DNA from: an uncultured Pseudohongiella sp. | GTDB lineage: Bacteria > Pseudomonadota > Gammaproteobacteria > Pseudomonadales > Pseudohongiellaceae | Assembly (NCBI GenBank): GCA_964616225.1 | Contig: CAZTTE010000011.1 | Location: forward strand, 66,164 to 130,163 | Length of the DNA: 64,000 nucleotides | Reading direction: 5' to 3' | Shown: positions 9,338-20,310 of the stretch, piece after piece | Layout: the number at the start of each line of letters is the position of its first letter | Numbering within the stretch: the first letter of the stretch is position 1 | Notes under the pieces: model-generated | Seen by the model: the letters and a program-made list of their open reading frames with translations, nothing else | Databases searched by the model: none | What the model was told of the DNA's origin: nothing | Translations under genes and position numbers: made by a program

Positions 9338-9919
9338 GTGCAACAAGGGGATTGGTGTTTGTCAGAAAAGTTCAGAGATAAAGTTCGGGAACTGATCAAG
9401 GAAGGCGAAGGCTGCATACCACACATGTATTTAGACACAGTTGAAAAAGTCACTGTGGGTGTGGGGAACATGCTAAAGAAGCCATCCAGTGCGGCTGCAT
9501 TGTCATTTGAAATTGAAGCTACTGGCGAAAAAGCATCGACAGAGACTATCGAAAAAGAATTTGAACTGATCAGTCAGCAGGAGTCTCCCCGCCCTGCGAA
9601 ATATTACAAGCAATTCACCCAGCTCATTCTAAGCGACTATGAAATTAACCAACTGCTTGATGTGCGCCTGGATAAATTCGAGTCCAAATTAAGGCAGGAC
9701 TTTCCTAAATACGATGAGTATCCGGATGCGGCCCGGCTTGGCCTGATCGATATGGCTTATAACCTGGGTAGTAAAGGCTTGATTAAGAAATTTCCGACTT
9801 TTACCAATGCCGCGCGCAAGGCGGATTGGTTAACCTGTGCCAATGAATGTCGTCGCAAACAGATTCAGGATTCCCGGAATGACACCGTCAAATCAATGTT
9901 TTTGAGTTGTGCAAGTTAG
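9338..9919 (+). CDS. T4-type (GH24-like) lysozyme domain protein, no signal peptide
   Basis: KEGEGCIPHMYLDTVEKVTVGVGN carries Glu-9-Asp-6-Thr with the same spacing as T4 lysozyme E11/D20/T26. The C-terminal LGLIDMAYNLGSKG...ADW resembles the GH24 helical lobe. GTG start, uncertain. Confidence 0.6.
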   Translation: MQQGDWCLSEKFRDKVRELIKEGEGCIPHMYLDTVEKVTVGVGNMLKKPSSAAALSFEIEATGEKASTETIEKEFELISQQESPRPAKYYKQFTQLILSDYEINQLLDVRLDKFESKLRQDFPKYDEYPDAARLGLIDMAYNLGSKGLIKKFPTFTNAARKADWLTCANECRRKQIQDSRNDTVKSMFLSCAS

Positions 9920-9923
9920 CCAC

Positions 9924-11663
9924 TTAAAACAGACCAAAACGCTTCGGTTTTTTTAGTTCGATACCGAATTCACTAAGAGGCTCCCGATCGCTTTCCAGAA
10001 AGTTTGCTAAATCCTGGGCCAGATCGTTAATGAATGGTGCATAGTTTTTCCAGCGCATTGACGAACTTTTGTAGATGGGTTGCCTGACTTGCCAGCGACT
10101 GGCAGTGCGGATCGTCGATTCTTTTTCATGAAAATCCAGTATGTCCGGGTTCCAATCCAATCCGCAAAATTCCAGGACTTTCTTGCTTTCCTCGGCGCTA
10201 TTTTCGACCAGAGTCTTGTACTGGATTTCGAGGATTTGTCCGGCAGGCAGAATGGATTTCCAGTATTCCAGGTAGTCTCGGTAAATACGATAAGTCGCTA
10301 CAATATCTTTCAGGTCATTTGACCATCTGACCGCTTCGAATGCCTGGAAGTAACAAGACAGGCAGGTGTCCAGCGGATTGCGATTAATGTTTATGATCGT
10401 TGAATTAGGAAAGAGTGAAGCAATGAGCCCGACACTCATGTAGTTTCCAGGAAGCTTGTCGACCACTCTTTTCGCTCCCTCCCTGTTTTTCGAGAGAACG
10501 CTCAGGTAATGTTCGGCATAACTTCGCATCTCATCTTTTTGTAGCCTGTTCTCAATTGCGCTTGCCGTTTCCGGATTCTTTTCATCTATTATCTGGTGCA
10601 GGATATTGGGCATCTCCAGAAGTTCGCCGGCACCATCTGCCAGTTCATGACTGGCAATGATCCTCTCCAGCAGAGTGGTGCCGGACCGTGGCATGCCGAT
10701 TATAAATACAGGTAAATCGGACTCATGTCCGATAGAGGCCAGTTTGTCGATAGATTTCCTGGTGAAGGCTTTAGCTACCAGCTTCTGCCAGTTCAGATCA
10801 TGTTTGCTGTCATAAGGTTCTTTTTGCAGCAGGTTCGCTTTTCTAAATTGGTCGAAGGCGTCATCGTATTGCTGGCAATCATCATGCATTTTGGCAAGTG
10901 CGTAGTGGATCAAGTAACGCTGTTGAGGAGGCATGCCCTGGTCTAATGTTTTTGCTACTTTGCCAATATAAACCTGATCCTTTGAGCTGAAATTTTTCAG
11001 CCTCGCTATATTGGCATAAGCTGTGCCGACGCCTATTTTGTTGCGAATCATTTGCTCATAGTGTTTTTGAGCAGTATCGTTCTGTCCTGTTTCAGCCAGG
11101 AGCGTACCAAGGTCAGTCAACGCTTGTTCGTCCTTTGGATTTAGTTTGATAGCCTTATCTAAAAACTCCTGTGCTTTTTCATAATCACCTAGGTTTTTCC
11201 AGGCTTCGCTCAAATTACGTAGTACATTCGTATCTTTTGATCTGTGTTTTAAGACCCGTTGCAGAAAATCGATAGATTCCTGGTATTTTCCCTCGCCAAA
11301 TAAAATTATTCCCATGCCATAGAGTGCAGCAGTTTCATCCTTGTTTAGAGCAAGGGCTTTGGAAAAGGATTCCCTTGCCATTGGAGAATCGCTGGTTTTC
11401 AGTAGTGCGATTCCCAGGAGAGCTAAATACTCGGGATTGTACGGTTCTTGCTGAATTGAAATTTCGAAATGTTGGATGGCTTTATCGTTTGCACCAAAAT
11501 GTGTACATAGATTGCCGAGGTCTGCATTCAGGCGGGGATCAGAGCTGGCTCTTGCCGAAATTTCATCATAGATATCGCCAGCTTCCTCGCGCCTTCCGCT
11601 TTTTATGTATTGAGAGGCCAGTTGAACTTGCGATCTAAGACGGTTTATCTCCTTCTGATCCAT
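9924..11663 (-). CDS. TPR-repeat protein with C-terminal sulfotransferase domain
   Basis: The N-terminal half contains several TPR-like units (GDYEKAQEFLDKAIKLNPKD etc.). The C-terminal half has the PAPS-binding 5'-PSB motif GMPRSGTTLLERII and a sulfotransferase-like tail. Confidence 0.8.
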   Translation of the reverse strand: MDQKEINRLRSQVQLASQYIKSGRREEAGDIYDEISARASSDPRLNADLGNLCTHFGANDKAIQHFEISIQQEPYNPEYLALLGIALLKTSDSPMARESFSKALALNKDETAALYGMGIILFGEGKYQESIDFLQRVLKHRSKDTNVLRNLSEAWKNLGDYEKAQEFLDKAIKLNPKDEQALTDLGTLLAETGQNDTAQKHYEQMIRNKIGVGTAYANIARLKNFSSKDQVYIGKVAKTLDQGMPPQQRYLIHYALAKMHDDCQQYDDAFDQFRKANLLQKEPYDSKHDLNWQKLVAKAFTRKSIDKLASIGHESDLPVFIIGMPRSGTTLLERIIASHELADGAGELLEMPNILHQIIDEKNPETASAIENRLQKDEMRSYAEHYLSVLSKNREGAKRVVDKLPGNYMSVGLIASLFPNSTIININRNPLDTCLSCYFQAFEAVRWSNDLKDIVATYRIYRDYLEYWKSILPAGQILEIQYKTLVENSAEESKKVLEFCGLDWNPDILDFHEKESTIRTASRWQVRQPIYKSSSMRWKNYAPFINDLAQDLANFLESDREPLSEFGIELKKPKRFGLF

Positions 11664-11682
11664 TGCTCAGTCATCCAGTGAT

Positions 11683-12015
11683 CTAGGAAAGCGCCTGATA
11701 GAGTATCGTGTCGACAATTTTTCTCGCATCGGCGTTCTCATAGCCCAACTCCACCAGTCTCTCACTGAACTGCATTTGCAGCCTGGCTTTGCCATAGACA
11801 CCGAGGGATTTTTCAACACTGAAATCATGCATCTGCAATATTATGCCCCGTAGATGCTTCTCCACGTTTAGCTGTTTTTTCTTCTTCTTCTCCTTTTCCC
11901 CGGAGAAATGTCGCGCTGCCTCTTCTGGATTGACGTAGCTAAAAAGTTCATCCGCCGCCTTGCGGGCAAATGCATCGATCGCAGGATTATTCTTGCGCCA
12001 AAACAATATTCCCAT
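11683..12015 (-). CDS. small hypothetical protein with poly-lysine tract
   Basis: ATG 12015 is preceded by GAGGAAG, which I prefer over the TTG at 12072. MGILFWRKNN...GEKEKKKKKQ. It ends 19 nt upstream of the TPR-sulfotransferase gene on the same strand. Confidence 0.5.
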   Translation of the reverse strand: MGILFWRKNNPAIDAFARKAADELFSYVNPEEAARHFSGEKEKKKKKQLNVEKHLRGIILQMHDFSVEKSLGVYGKARLQMQFSERLVELGYENADARKIVDTILYQALS

Positions 12016-12277
12016 TGCTTCCTCTACACCAGTTGTGATTATTGACCTTGGTCTAAAAATATTTGACCGCAAGCACTTGAAAACATTAATAAATATTTAA
12101 CTAAAAATGAATAGTGAATATCCAGCGTTGCTAGACAGCATGACTTAGTGAGGCTATCTTCAGTTCTTATGCGCTGTTTTGGATCGCTCTCCGAATACTA
12201 TTTTAACTCAGGCAGAATTTTGTGATCTACTTGGCAAATTTGAATCCGCGAATGATGCTATTGAATAGACTGAAACC

Positions 12278-12898
12278 ATGAATCCGATATTTCCCCTATT
12301 TTCTTATCCCGTCATGTTATGTGTTGAGAAATACAAATTCTCTGAGCAAGAAGAATCGTTTATTGCTGGATTAAGCATGTCTAAAAATCTGGGAAACAAT
12401 ATGTCAGAAAACGACAGGATTCTGGAATGTAATGAACTTCAAAGCCTGAAGGGCTTTATTGCTGAACAATTGGAATGCTATGAAAAGAATGTCCTGCAGC
12501 TAAAATCGAAGAACGAGATAGCGATCACCCAGTCCTGGGTAAATAAATCCAATACCAATGAATTTCATCCCATGCATAAACACCCTAATAGTCTAATCAG
12601 TGGTGTTTTCTTCGTATCGGGTGAGCAGGGAGATGGATTGCCGCCCATCAGGTTTCACCGGAGTAATGATTTACTGCCATTGGATCTGGAATTCGAAGCA
12701 TTCAATGAATACAACACTGGTGTCAGGTGGTTTATTCCAGAGAAAGGCCTGCTCATTCTGTTTCCGTCTGTACTTTTGCACGATGTTGATCGCAATGCCA
12801 CAGAGAGTGAGCGGATAAGTATTTCATTCAATACCTTTGTAAAAGGTCCGCTGGGCAAAAAATCCCAGCTAACTGAGGTTAATCCAGGGGAATTGTAA
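12278..12898 (+). CDS. TIGR02466-like putative 2OG-Fe(II) oxygenase family protein
   Basis: MHKHPNSLISGVFFV...PPIRFHR...LILFPSVLLHDV..N..ERISISFN matches the HxH/D...H jelly-roll pattern of the TIGR02466 / 2OG-FeII_Oxy_5 family. Confidence 0.7.
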   Translation: MNPIFPLFSYPVMLCVEKYKFSEQEESFIAGLSMSKNLGNNMSENDRILECNELQSLKGFIAEQLECYEKNVLQLKSKNEIAITQSWVNKSNTNEFHPMHKHPNSLISGVFFVSGEQGDGLPPIRFHRSNDLLPLDLEFEAFNEYNTGVRWFIPEKGLLILFPSVLLHDVDRNATESERISISFNTFVKGPLGKKSQLTEVNPGEL

Positions 12899-13291
12899 TC
12901 CAGGAAGCTGATTCGAATCTGCTGACAGGCGCGATTTCGTATCGTCGGAGCATAGCCTGTACGACGCAATATGGAGGCCTCTACAAGAACGAGGCCCTGA
13001 ATAGACGGTATATGCCTACAGGCAGAAATAATTTGAGCAAACTTGTTAGCGATGGCGATTGTATCTCCGGGGTTTCGTCCTATTCTTATAGTCATAGTAA
13101 GTAGATTTGACTCCTATTTTTGGAGATTTTCTTACAGCTTTTTGTTCAAACTCACGATACCTGGCCAGTGAAATTGGCGCTTTGAATTATTTTGAGAGAA
13201 ATTGTGAACTATTTCTGAAAAGTAGTTTTTGTATTCTGGTCTTCTGCTCCTGTATATGAGAGAAATGGAGTAGTTTATATTAGGAACAAAG

Positions 13292-14041
13292 ATGAAAAAC
13301 GACGATTTAAATTCACTCAATCTGACGGATGGAGACATCATTCATCGACAGAAAATTATTCAGCTGCTGAAAGTAGGCATTGCCCAGCAGTGGTCGTACT
13401 CCTTCGTCAAGAAGGTAAAAAGTCGAATCATCACCAATTCCATCAGGTTGTTGTCTGTTCATCCAGAAGAGGGATTATTCTCCTTTACCGTGGAATCGGG
13501 AAATACCGAGTTTAATCCTGGTGAAACCTTAATGTTCAGAGGCCAGAGTGGTGGGCTATCTGTCGTTTTCCAATCCCGCATGACAGATTCAAGCGGAGGC
13601 GCTGACTCCAAGATCAACAGCAACTATCATTTCGAGCTTCCCTAGAAGGTCGCCTGCACTCAGCTCCGAAAAACCCTGCGCGTCAATCTGGAGACGATTA
13701 TGCGGGTGCCTGTCACCTTGTATATGGTGAATGGTGCGATTGTCGAAGGGACAGTTATGGATGTGTCATCTTCCGGTGCCAGGTTCAGGGTTGAACAGAA
13801 CCTGGAAAAAGAACTGCGTAATCCGGAATTGATCGATGCTTGTAAAATTGATTTTGCTAAAGATTTTGAATTGCAGTCAGGAATTCAACTCATTGGAATG
13901 ATTAATGATAAAGACACAGATGTGTCATTTCTGCGTTGCCAGTTCATTCACTTAAAACCGGAAGACGAAGATCGTCTCGAAAGTTTTATCGATGAAGCAT
14001 TAAATCTCGCTGAAGAGCCAGAAGCAGCTACTATCGATTAA
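13292..14041 (+). pseudogene. YcgR-like PilZ-domain c-di-GMP receptor interrupted by one in-frame TAG (13643-13645)
   Basis: ORFs 13292..13645 and 13700..14041 are in the same frame. The 18 codons between the TAG and ATG 13700 read KVACTQLRKTLRVNLETI and carry the PilZ RxxxR motif (RKTLR). The matching DxSxxG motif (DVSSSG) lies in the downstream ORF. Combined length of about 249 aa is typical of YcgR. Confidence 0.65.
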
Positions 14042-14079
14042 GGCTCCAGTTTCAGCCATTCACTCACTCGCTCATTCAC

Positions 14080-15060
14080 TCACTCTATAGATCCTTCCTG
14101 GACTCTCGCCCCTCTTAGGATATTCGCCATTGAGTAATTGCCTTCATGGCAGGCGTATTCGTAAATCGGGTCAGGAGTGAAGTCCATAATAAACTCCCGA
14201 GTGTAGGGCGCGCTATAGGTGTCTGGCTGATCAACTGTAATCTGATAGAGTAATTGGTTTGCATTAAGGCGAGTGAACCTTTCTATATTCATTCGCGAGC
14301 GGTTGTGACCGAATGTGCTTTTGCCCGAAAAATTTGTCGTTTCAACAACCAGGGTGTCATCATCGAAATACCCTCTTGAATCGCCATGCCAGAGCTGTAT
14401 TTTTTCATCCAGTTCCGGCTTTTCTGTTAAGGGCACGATGCGAGCGTCATGCATCATTTCCTGCATAATAACCACATGATTTTCTGATTGGACTATTTGC
14501 CAGTAGCTATTGTAACCGGCGTTTAAATACGGCGCGCCGTAACTGATGCATCGATCATCAACCGTTAAATCTGTCCAGGAAGAAGGGGCGGTGTTACCCC
14601 GCTGTGGTCGATTAAAATTCAATCCACTGGAATCTTCTACTCGCGGAGGGAACTTACCGTTCGGGGGATCAACAATCTGAGAGGTTCTATTGTGAATAGA
14701 GCGCTCTACCAACCAGGATTGGTCATAGTTTCCCGTTGAGGGGTCATAGGAGACAACTTCTCCAGAGAATGCCGCATCGAAAACGCCATCGCCAAAAAGA
14801 GCATCACCGTCTTCTTCGTTAATTTCGCTGATGCGCCTCCGCAGTAAATTTTGCTCTTCCTCCGTGAGGTATTGGCGCTCACCGAACCTGTCCGGGCGCT
14901 CAACCGGAGTTATGGTGTTATTTCCCCAAACGCCCTGCAGATCAGGTTGGCCATCGATTGTTCGCTGCTCCCAGCCCGATCCCTGTGCGCTTATGGATGG
15001 AATTGCGCTGGCGATTAATAATATCAACAGGCCCCGATTCAAATTCATGATGCTATCCAA
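14080..15060 (-). CDS. secreted protein, unassigned YEYACHEGNY family, subfamily B copy 1
   Basis: Signal peptide. Motifs PDLQGVWGNNTITPVERP, YLTEEE, DRCISYG, IVQSENHVVIMQEMMHDARIV, WHGDSRGYFDDDTLVVETTNF, IYEYACHEGNYSM. Confidence 0.85.
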   Translation of the reverse strand: MDSIMNLNRGLLILLIASAIPSISAQGSGWEQRTIDGQPDLQGVWGNNTITPVERPDRFGERQYLTEEEQNLLRRRISEINEEDGDALFGDGVFDAAFSGEVVSYDPSTGNYDQSWLVERSIHNRTSQIVDPPNGKFPPRVEDSSGLNFNRPQRGNTAPSSWTDLTVDDRCISYGAPYLNAGYNSYWQIVQSENHVVIMQEMMHDARIVPLTEKPELDEKIQLWHGDSRGYFDDDTLVVETTNFSGKSTFGHNRSRMNIERFTRLNANQLLYQITVDQPDTYSAPYTREFIMDFTPDPIYEYACHEGNYSMANILRGARVQEGSIE

Positions 15061-15210
15061 TTGTTTTGTCAGTCTGTAGAGCAGTAGGTTACTCTATTCG
15101 ATCGATACAGGGAATAATTCACAGCAGCAGCATAAAGCCTTGGGCATTGTAGCCTGGGGGTTCTATGCTTCTGAGCATAGGCACAAAAAGACAGTTCACA
15201 GGAATCAACT

Positions 15211-15669
15211 ATGAAAAAAATTCTAGCCGGCTTCACCATTGTTTTTTCTATTAGCGTTGTAGTGTGGGCGCAAGATGCCATGCCGCCAGCCACCTATTTT
15301 GCCTCTGATGATATCGGCACCGACCTTGCGGCTTCACTCCTGGAGCGTCCGAATTTGGGCATAGGGGTAATCAGTGTCGGCGAGGATTACAATATTCATA
15401 TGATTCGACGCAACGCGCCGGCAGGAGCAATAGTTCACCCCGATGGAACAGAGCTCCATTACATCGTGGAAGGGGCGGGAACTTTAACTACTGGTGGTGT
15501 TGCGGTTCGACCTCAAGTTGGAGGTCCGGCAAGCATTGAGGGAGGCTATTCGCAACGAGTAACAGTTGGTGACCTGGTGCTTATTCCCCGGGGTACACCT
15601 CATCAATACACTGCGGTTGAAGGTGTGGTCGGTTACCTTGAAGTGCGCTTTCGCACAAGTGAGTATTAG
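15211..15669 (+). CDS. secreted cupin-domain protein
   Basis: Signal peptide MKKILAGFTIVFSISVVVWAQ. Cupin motifs HPDGTELHYIVEGAGTL and GDLVLIPRGTPHQY. Confidence 0.7.
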   Translation: MKKILAGFTIVFSISVVVWAQDAMPPATYFASDDIGTDLAASLLERPNLGIGVISVGEDYNIHMIRRNAPAGAIVHPDGTELHYIVEGAGTLTTGGVAVRPQVGGPASIEGGYSQRVTVGDLVLIPRGTPHQYTAVEGVVGYLEVRFRTSEY

Positions 15670-16580
15670 CTTTCCCCGAATTCAGTGCAGAGCCCTGCAT
15701 TATTGCCGCGATACTTTTCATTAAGCGCGTACAGTATCGCGGCTGTCTCTGTGTCGACCGTGCCGCTATAGTCGGCAGGCCTGAAGTGGAGTTGAAAAGC
15801 GCGAAAGGCGAACTGGCTTTGCAAGTCATGAACGCCGGAAATTTCTATGGGATAGCCGTAAACTGATAAGGCGCACTGTAATTCCTGGATACCTGGTTTA
15901 TTTCGTTCCAGTTTAAGTGAGTAGCGCAACACAGTATCAGAGTCATACCAGGCGCCGATGCCTCTTTCATAAAGCTGTTGCCAGGGAAATTCAGGACCAG
16001 GATCGGATTTTCGATTCGGAGCGACGTCGGAGTGGGCAACCACATCGACTGGATCAATACCCGGGTGTCGCTCCAGGATTTTAAGTACTAATTGGGCAAG
16101 AATATCTATCTGCTCTTCAGGGTAGCTGGGGAAATCGCATTCCAGCTCAATCATCACTTCTTCGTCGATGAATGTTTCCAATTCCGAACATTTGAAATCA
16201 TTAACAACTTCAATGCCGATAGACCGATCGTTTAGGGATGATTCGTTGCCCCATTGACTGATTCCTGCGTGCCAGGCTCGCCGGTTTTCGTCTACCAGTC
16301 TGTATACCCTTAGGCGGTTTCTCGGGTAAGTGGGATCCTCTAAAAACGGTACTAAATAGTGAGAGCTCACAGGACCGGGATTGCGGGTGCTCAGCAATCT
16401 AAGGGATTCGTCGAAGAGCTCTGAAGTAGCGTGGATGACCAGGTAGTTTACCCGGCTGTTCTGGTTGGTGGATTGAATGTCTACATAATTCAATCCCGAA
16501 CAGGAAACAATGCCTATCCCGCTAACCAGTAGTACGAACGTACGAAAAAGCCTGCTTATAAGTGGTTTGGTGTTGAGCAT
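15666..16580 (-). CDS. N-acetylmuramoyl-L-alanine amidase (AmiD/AmpD family) lipoprotein with C-terminal peptidoglycan-binding domain
   Basis: Lipobox GIVSCSG. Amidase_2 motifs YLVIHATS, SSHYLV, RAWHAGIS.W, NDRSIGIEVVN, VVAHSDVAP.RK.DPG. PG-binding-like tail (LQCALSVYGYPI...). Confidence 0.8.
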   Translation of the reverse strand: MLNTKPLISRLFRTFVLLVSGIGIVSCSGLNYVDIQSTNQNSRVNYLVIHATSELFDESLRLLSTRNPGPVSSHYLVPFLEDPTYPRNRLRVYRLVDENRRAWHAGISQWGNESSLNDRSIGIEVVNDFKCSELETFIDEEVMIELECDFPSYPEEQIDILAQLVLKILERHPGIDPVDVVAHSDVAPNRKSDPGPEFPWQQLYERGIGAWYDSDTVLRYSLKLERNKPGIQELQCALSVYGYPIEISGVHDLQSQFAFRAFQLHFRPADYSGTVDTETAAILYALNEKYRGNNAGLCTEFGES

Positions 16581-16619
16581 AAGCTATCACCATAATGAAT
16601 TTTGGCTTTGGCGCAAGTT

Positions 16620-18551
<1,932 letters not shown>

Positions 18552-18586
18552 TCTTGTGTATGACTACTGACTTATTAGTAGCTGAG

Positions 18587-19009
18587 TTAAAGAGATGCCA
18601 GGAAATGATCGAGACCGGCTTGTGAGACATCCATATCCTGTTGCGGGCTTCCTGAACTCGCGCCAATACCGCCGACGCAGTCACCGTCAACCATCACCGG
18701 AAGTCCACCGCCGACCGTGCTGATTCGACCGCCAGCTTCAGTGTGAATTCCAAAGGCTAAACTTCCAGGTGTATTTACTGCGTTGTATTCATGGGTAGCT
18801 TTGCGGGCAGAACCTGCGGTAAAGGCTTTATCCTGTGCAACCTGGATGCTGTGAGCTTTGCCGCCATCCATGCGCTCGAACGCCACAAGGTTTCCCGAAT
18901 CATCTGTTACCGCAATGCACATTGGCACACCAATTTCTTCCGCTTTTTTGCGAGCTCCCTCTATTAGTAGCCGTGCATCTTCAATATTCAGTCTTTTAAC
19001 CGAAATCAC
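18587..19009 (-). CDS. GlcG/HbpS-like haem-binding protein (DUF336)
   Basis: GTG 19009 follows AGGAGG with a 7-nt spacer, preferred over ATG 19057. LIEGARKKAEEIGVPMCIAVTDDSGNLVAFERMDGG...IQVAQDKAFTA...GGLPV..DG..VGGIGASSG is the GlcG signature. Confidence 0.8.
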   Translation of the reverse strand: MISVKRLNIEDARLLIEGARKKAEEIGVPMCIAVTDDSGNLVAFERMDGGKAHSIQVAQDKAFTAGSARKATHEYNAVNTPGSLAFGIHTEAGGRISTVGGGLPVMVDGDCVGGIGASSGSPQQDMDVSQAGLDHFLASL

Positions 19010-19205
19010 TCCAATTCCTCCTTGTCTGATAAAGATCGCACAGTGTACTGAATTCAATTATTTGGGGGTAGCTAAAAAGATTCAGAAGCGAATTGCGCTT
19101 GTGTTAAACTCGATCATCAGTCAGTAGTACAAGCATTGGTACTGTATACAAACAGCGCGGTATCCAGTTTCTACGGTCCCACCAGTCCTTCCCCAGGAGG
19201 CAAAC

Positions 19206-20231
19206 ATGAAGACCACATTAAGACTTATTTTTACTGCTATTCCTTTGCTACTTGCGCCTGCGTATCTTGCTGCACAAGATGACTTTCCCAGAACCGCATC
19301 TGGCAGACCAGACTTTAATGGTCACTACGACATCTCGAGTCTTACACCGTTTCAACGGCCAACAGCATATGGTGATCGCCTCTATTTGACAGACGATGAG
19401 GTGCAAGCTCTGCGGGATCGAGAAATGGGAATTCGCGCTAACGATGCCGATCCCAGCGATCCTGAACGAAGTGCTCCAGAAGCAGGGGGCAACATCGGTT
19501 CCTATAACGACTTCTGGTTTGATCGAGGAAACGACGGATTCACTATCGATGGTCGCTACCGTACTTCAATACTGACTTATCCGGAGAATGGCCGTATGCC
19601 AGCCAGAACTCCTGAGGGTCAGGCCAAGGCAGATGCGGCGCCAAAATTTGCCTGGCCGGAAAGAGATGGAGCCTGGTGGCTGGAAACCGGAGATCAACCT
19701 TATGATGGTCCTGAAAACCAGACCCTTGGTGTGCGTTGTATCTATCAGGGAGCGGCATCGATTCCTATTCGCCCACTGGTTTACAACAATCTGAAAACAA
19801 TTGTTCAAACCGACGAGTACATGATGATCTATATCGAGTGGATGCATTGGGCGAGAATCATTCGTATCAACGATGATTCCCATAATCCACGAGATCTCGC
19901 CACCTTCGATGGTGATTCCATAGGCTGGTGGGAAGAGGATACCCTGGTTGTTGAAACTACAAACTTCCTCGATCAACCCTATCAGCATGCCGAGCGTAAA
20001 GTGATAGAACGATTCAGCCCTATCAGCGAAGGCGGTTTACTCTACAGCTTCATGGTTGAAGACGCTGACTATACTGATTCTTACGGTGGCGAATACGTCT
20101 GGCCCAAATCCGACCAGGTGCCTTACGAATACGCCTGCCATGAAGGTAACTATGCTATGTCGGCGACTCTTATGGGTGCGCGGGTTCGTGAGCGGGAACA
20201 CAGGGAAGTTCAGGGACAGGGCAACGATTAA
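19206..20231 (+). CDS. secreted protein, unassigned YEYACHEGNY family, subfamily A copy 2
   Basis: AGGAGG SD and a signal peptide. Roughly four-fifths identical by eye to 8280..9299, including a near-invariant block GGNIGSYNDFWFDRGNDGF...DGPENQTL and an identical C-terminus SDQVPYEYACHEGNYAMSATLMGARVREREHRE. Confidence 0.85.
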   Translation: MKTTLRLIFTAIPLLLAPAYLAAQDDFPRTASGRPDFNGHYDISSLTPFQRPTAYGDRLYLTDDEVQALRDREMGIRANDADPSDPERSAPEAGGNIGSYNDFWFDRGNDGFTIDGRYRTSILTYPENGRMPARTPEGQAKADAAPKFAWPERDGAWWLETGDQPYDGPENQTLGVRCIYQGAASIPIRPLVYNNLKTIVQTDEYMMIYIEWMHWARIIRINDDSHNPRDLATFDGDSIGWWEEDTLVVETTNFLDQPYQHAERKVIERFSPISEGGLLYSFMVEDADYTDSYGGEYVWPKSDQVPYEYACHEGNYAMSATLMGARVREREHREVQGQGND

Positions 20232-20260
20232 TTTCTGACCGGGAACTGCCCAAAGACTCG

Positions 20261-20287
20261 AAAGCCCGGCAATCGCCGGGCTTTTTA
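20261..20287 (+). terminator. rho-independent terminator
   Basis: Perfect 8-bp stem AGCCCGGC / GCCGGGCT, loop AATC, followed by TTTT. Confidence 0.8.
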
Positions 20288-20310
20288 GTGCTAAGCGAGA
20301 GGGTTATGAG

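Noticed and set aside
12655-13095. A 146-aa minus-strand ORF whose first 65 codons or so lie in the 12899-13291 gap.
   Set aside because: Its distal 80 codons overlap the well-supported TIGR02466-like gene. The SD spacing is poor (AGGAG sits 15 nt from the ATG), and no family resemblance is evident. The first 65 codons could be a remnant, but I cannot support that.
13643-13645. The TAG in the PilZ gene as programmed recoding (pyrrolysine or a suppressor).
   Set aside because: No pyl genes or suppressor tRNA are visible in the window, and pyrrolysine is not expected in this kind of bacterium. A nonsense mutation or a sequencing error is more parsimonious. Kept only as an option to test.
14050-14090. 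A short imperfect direct repeat, CATTCACTCACTCG / CTCATTCACTCACTC, between convergent genes.
   Set aside because: Only two units of about 15 nt, with no spacer structure and no hairpin. Too short to call a repeat element or a CRISPR.
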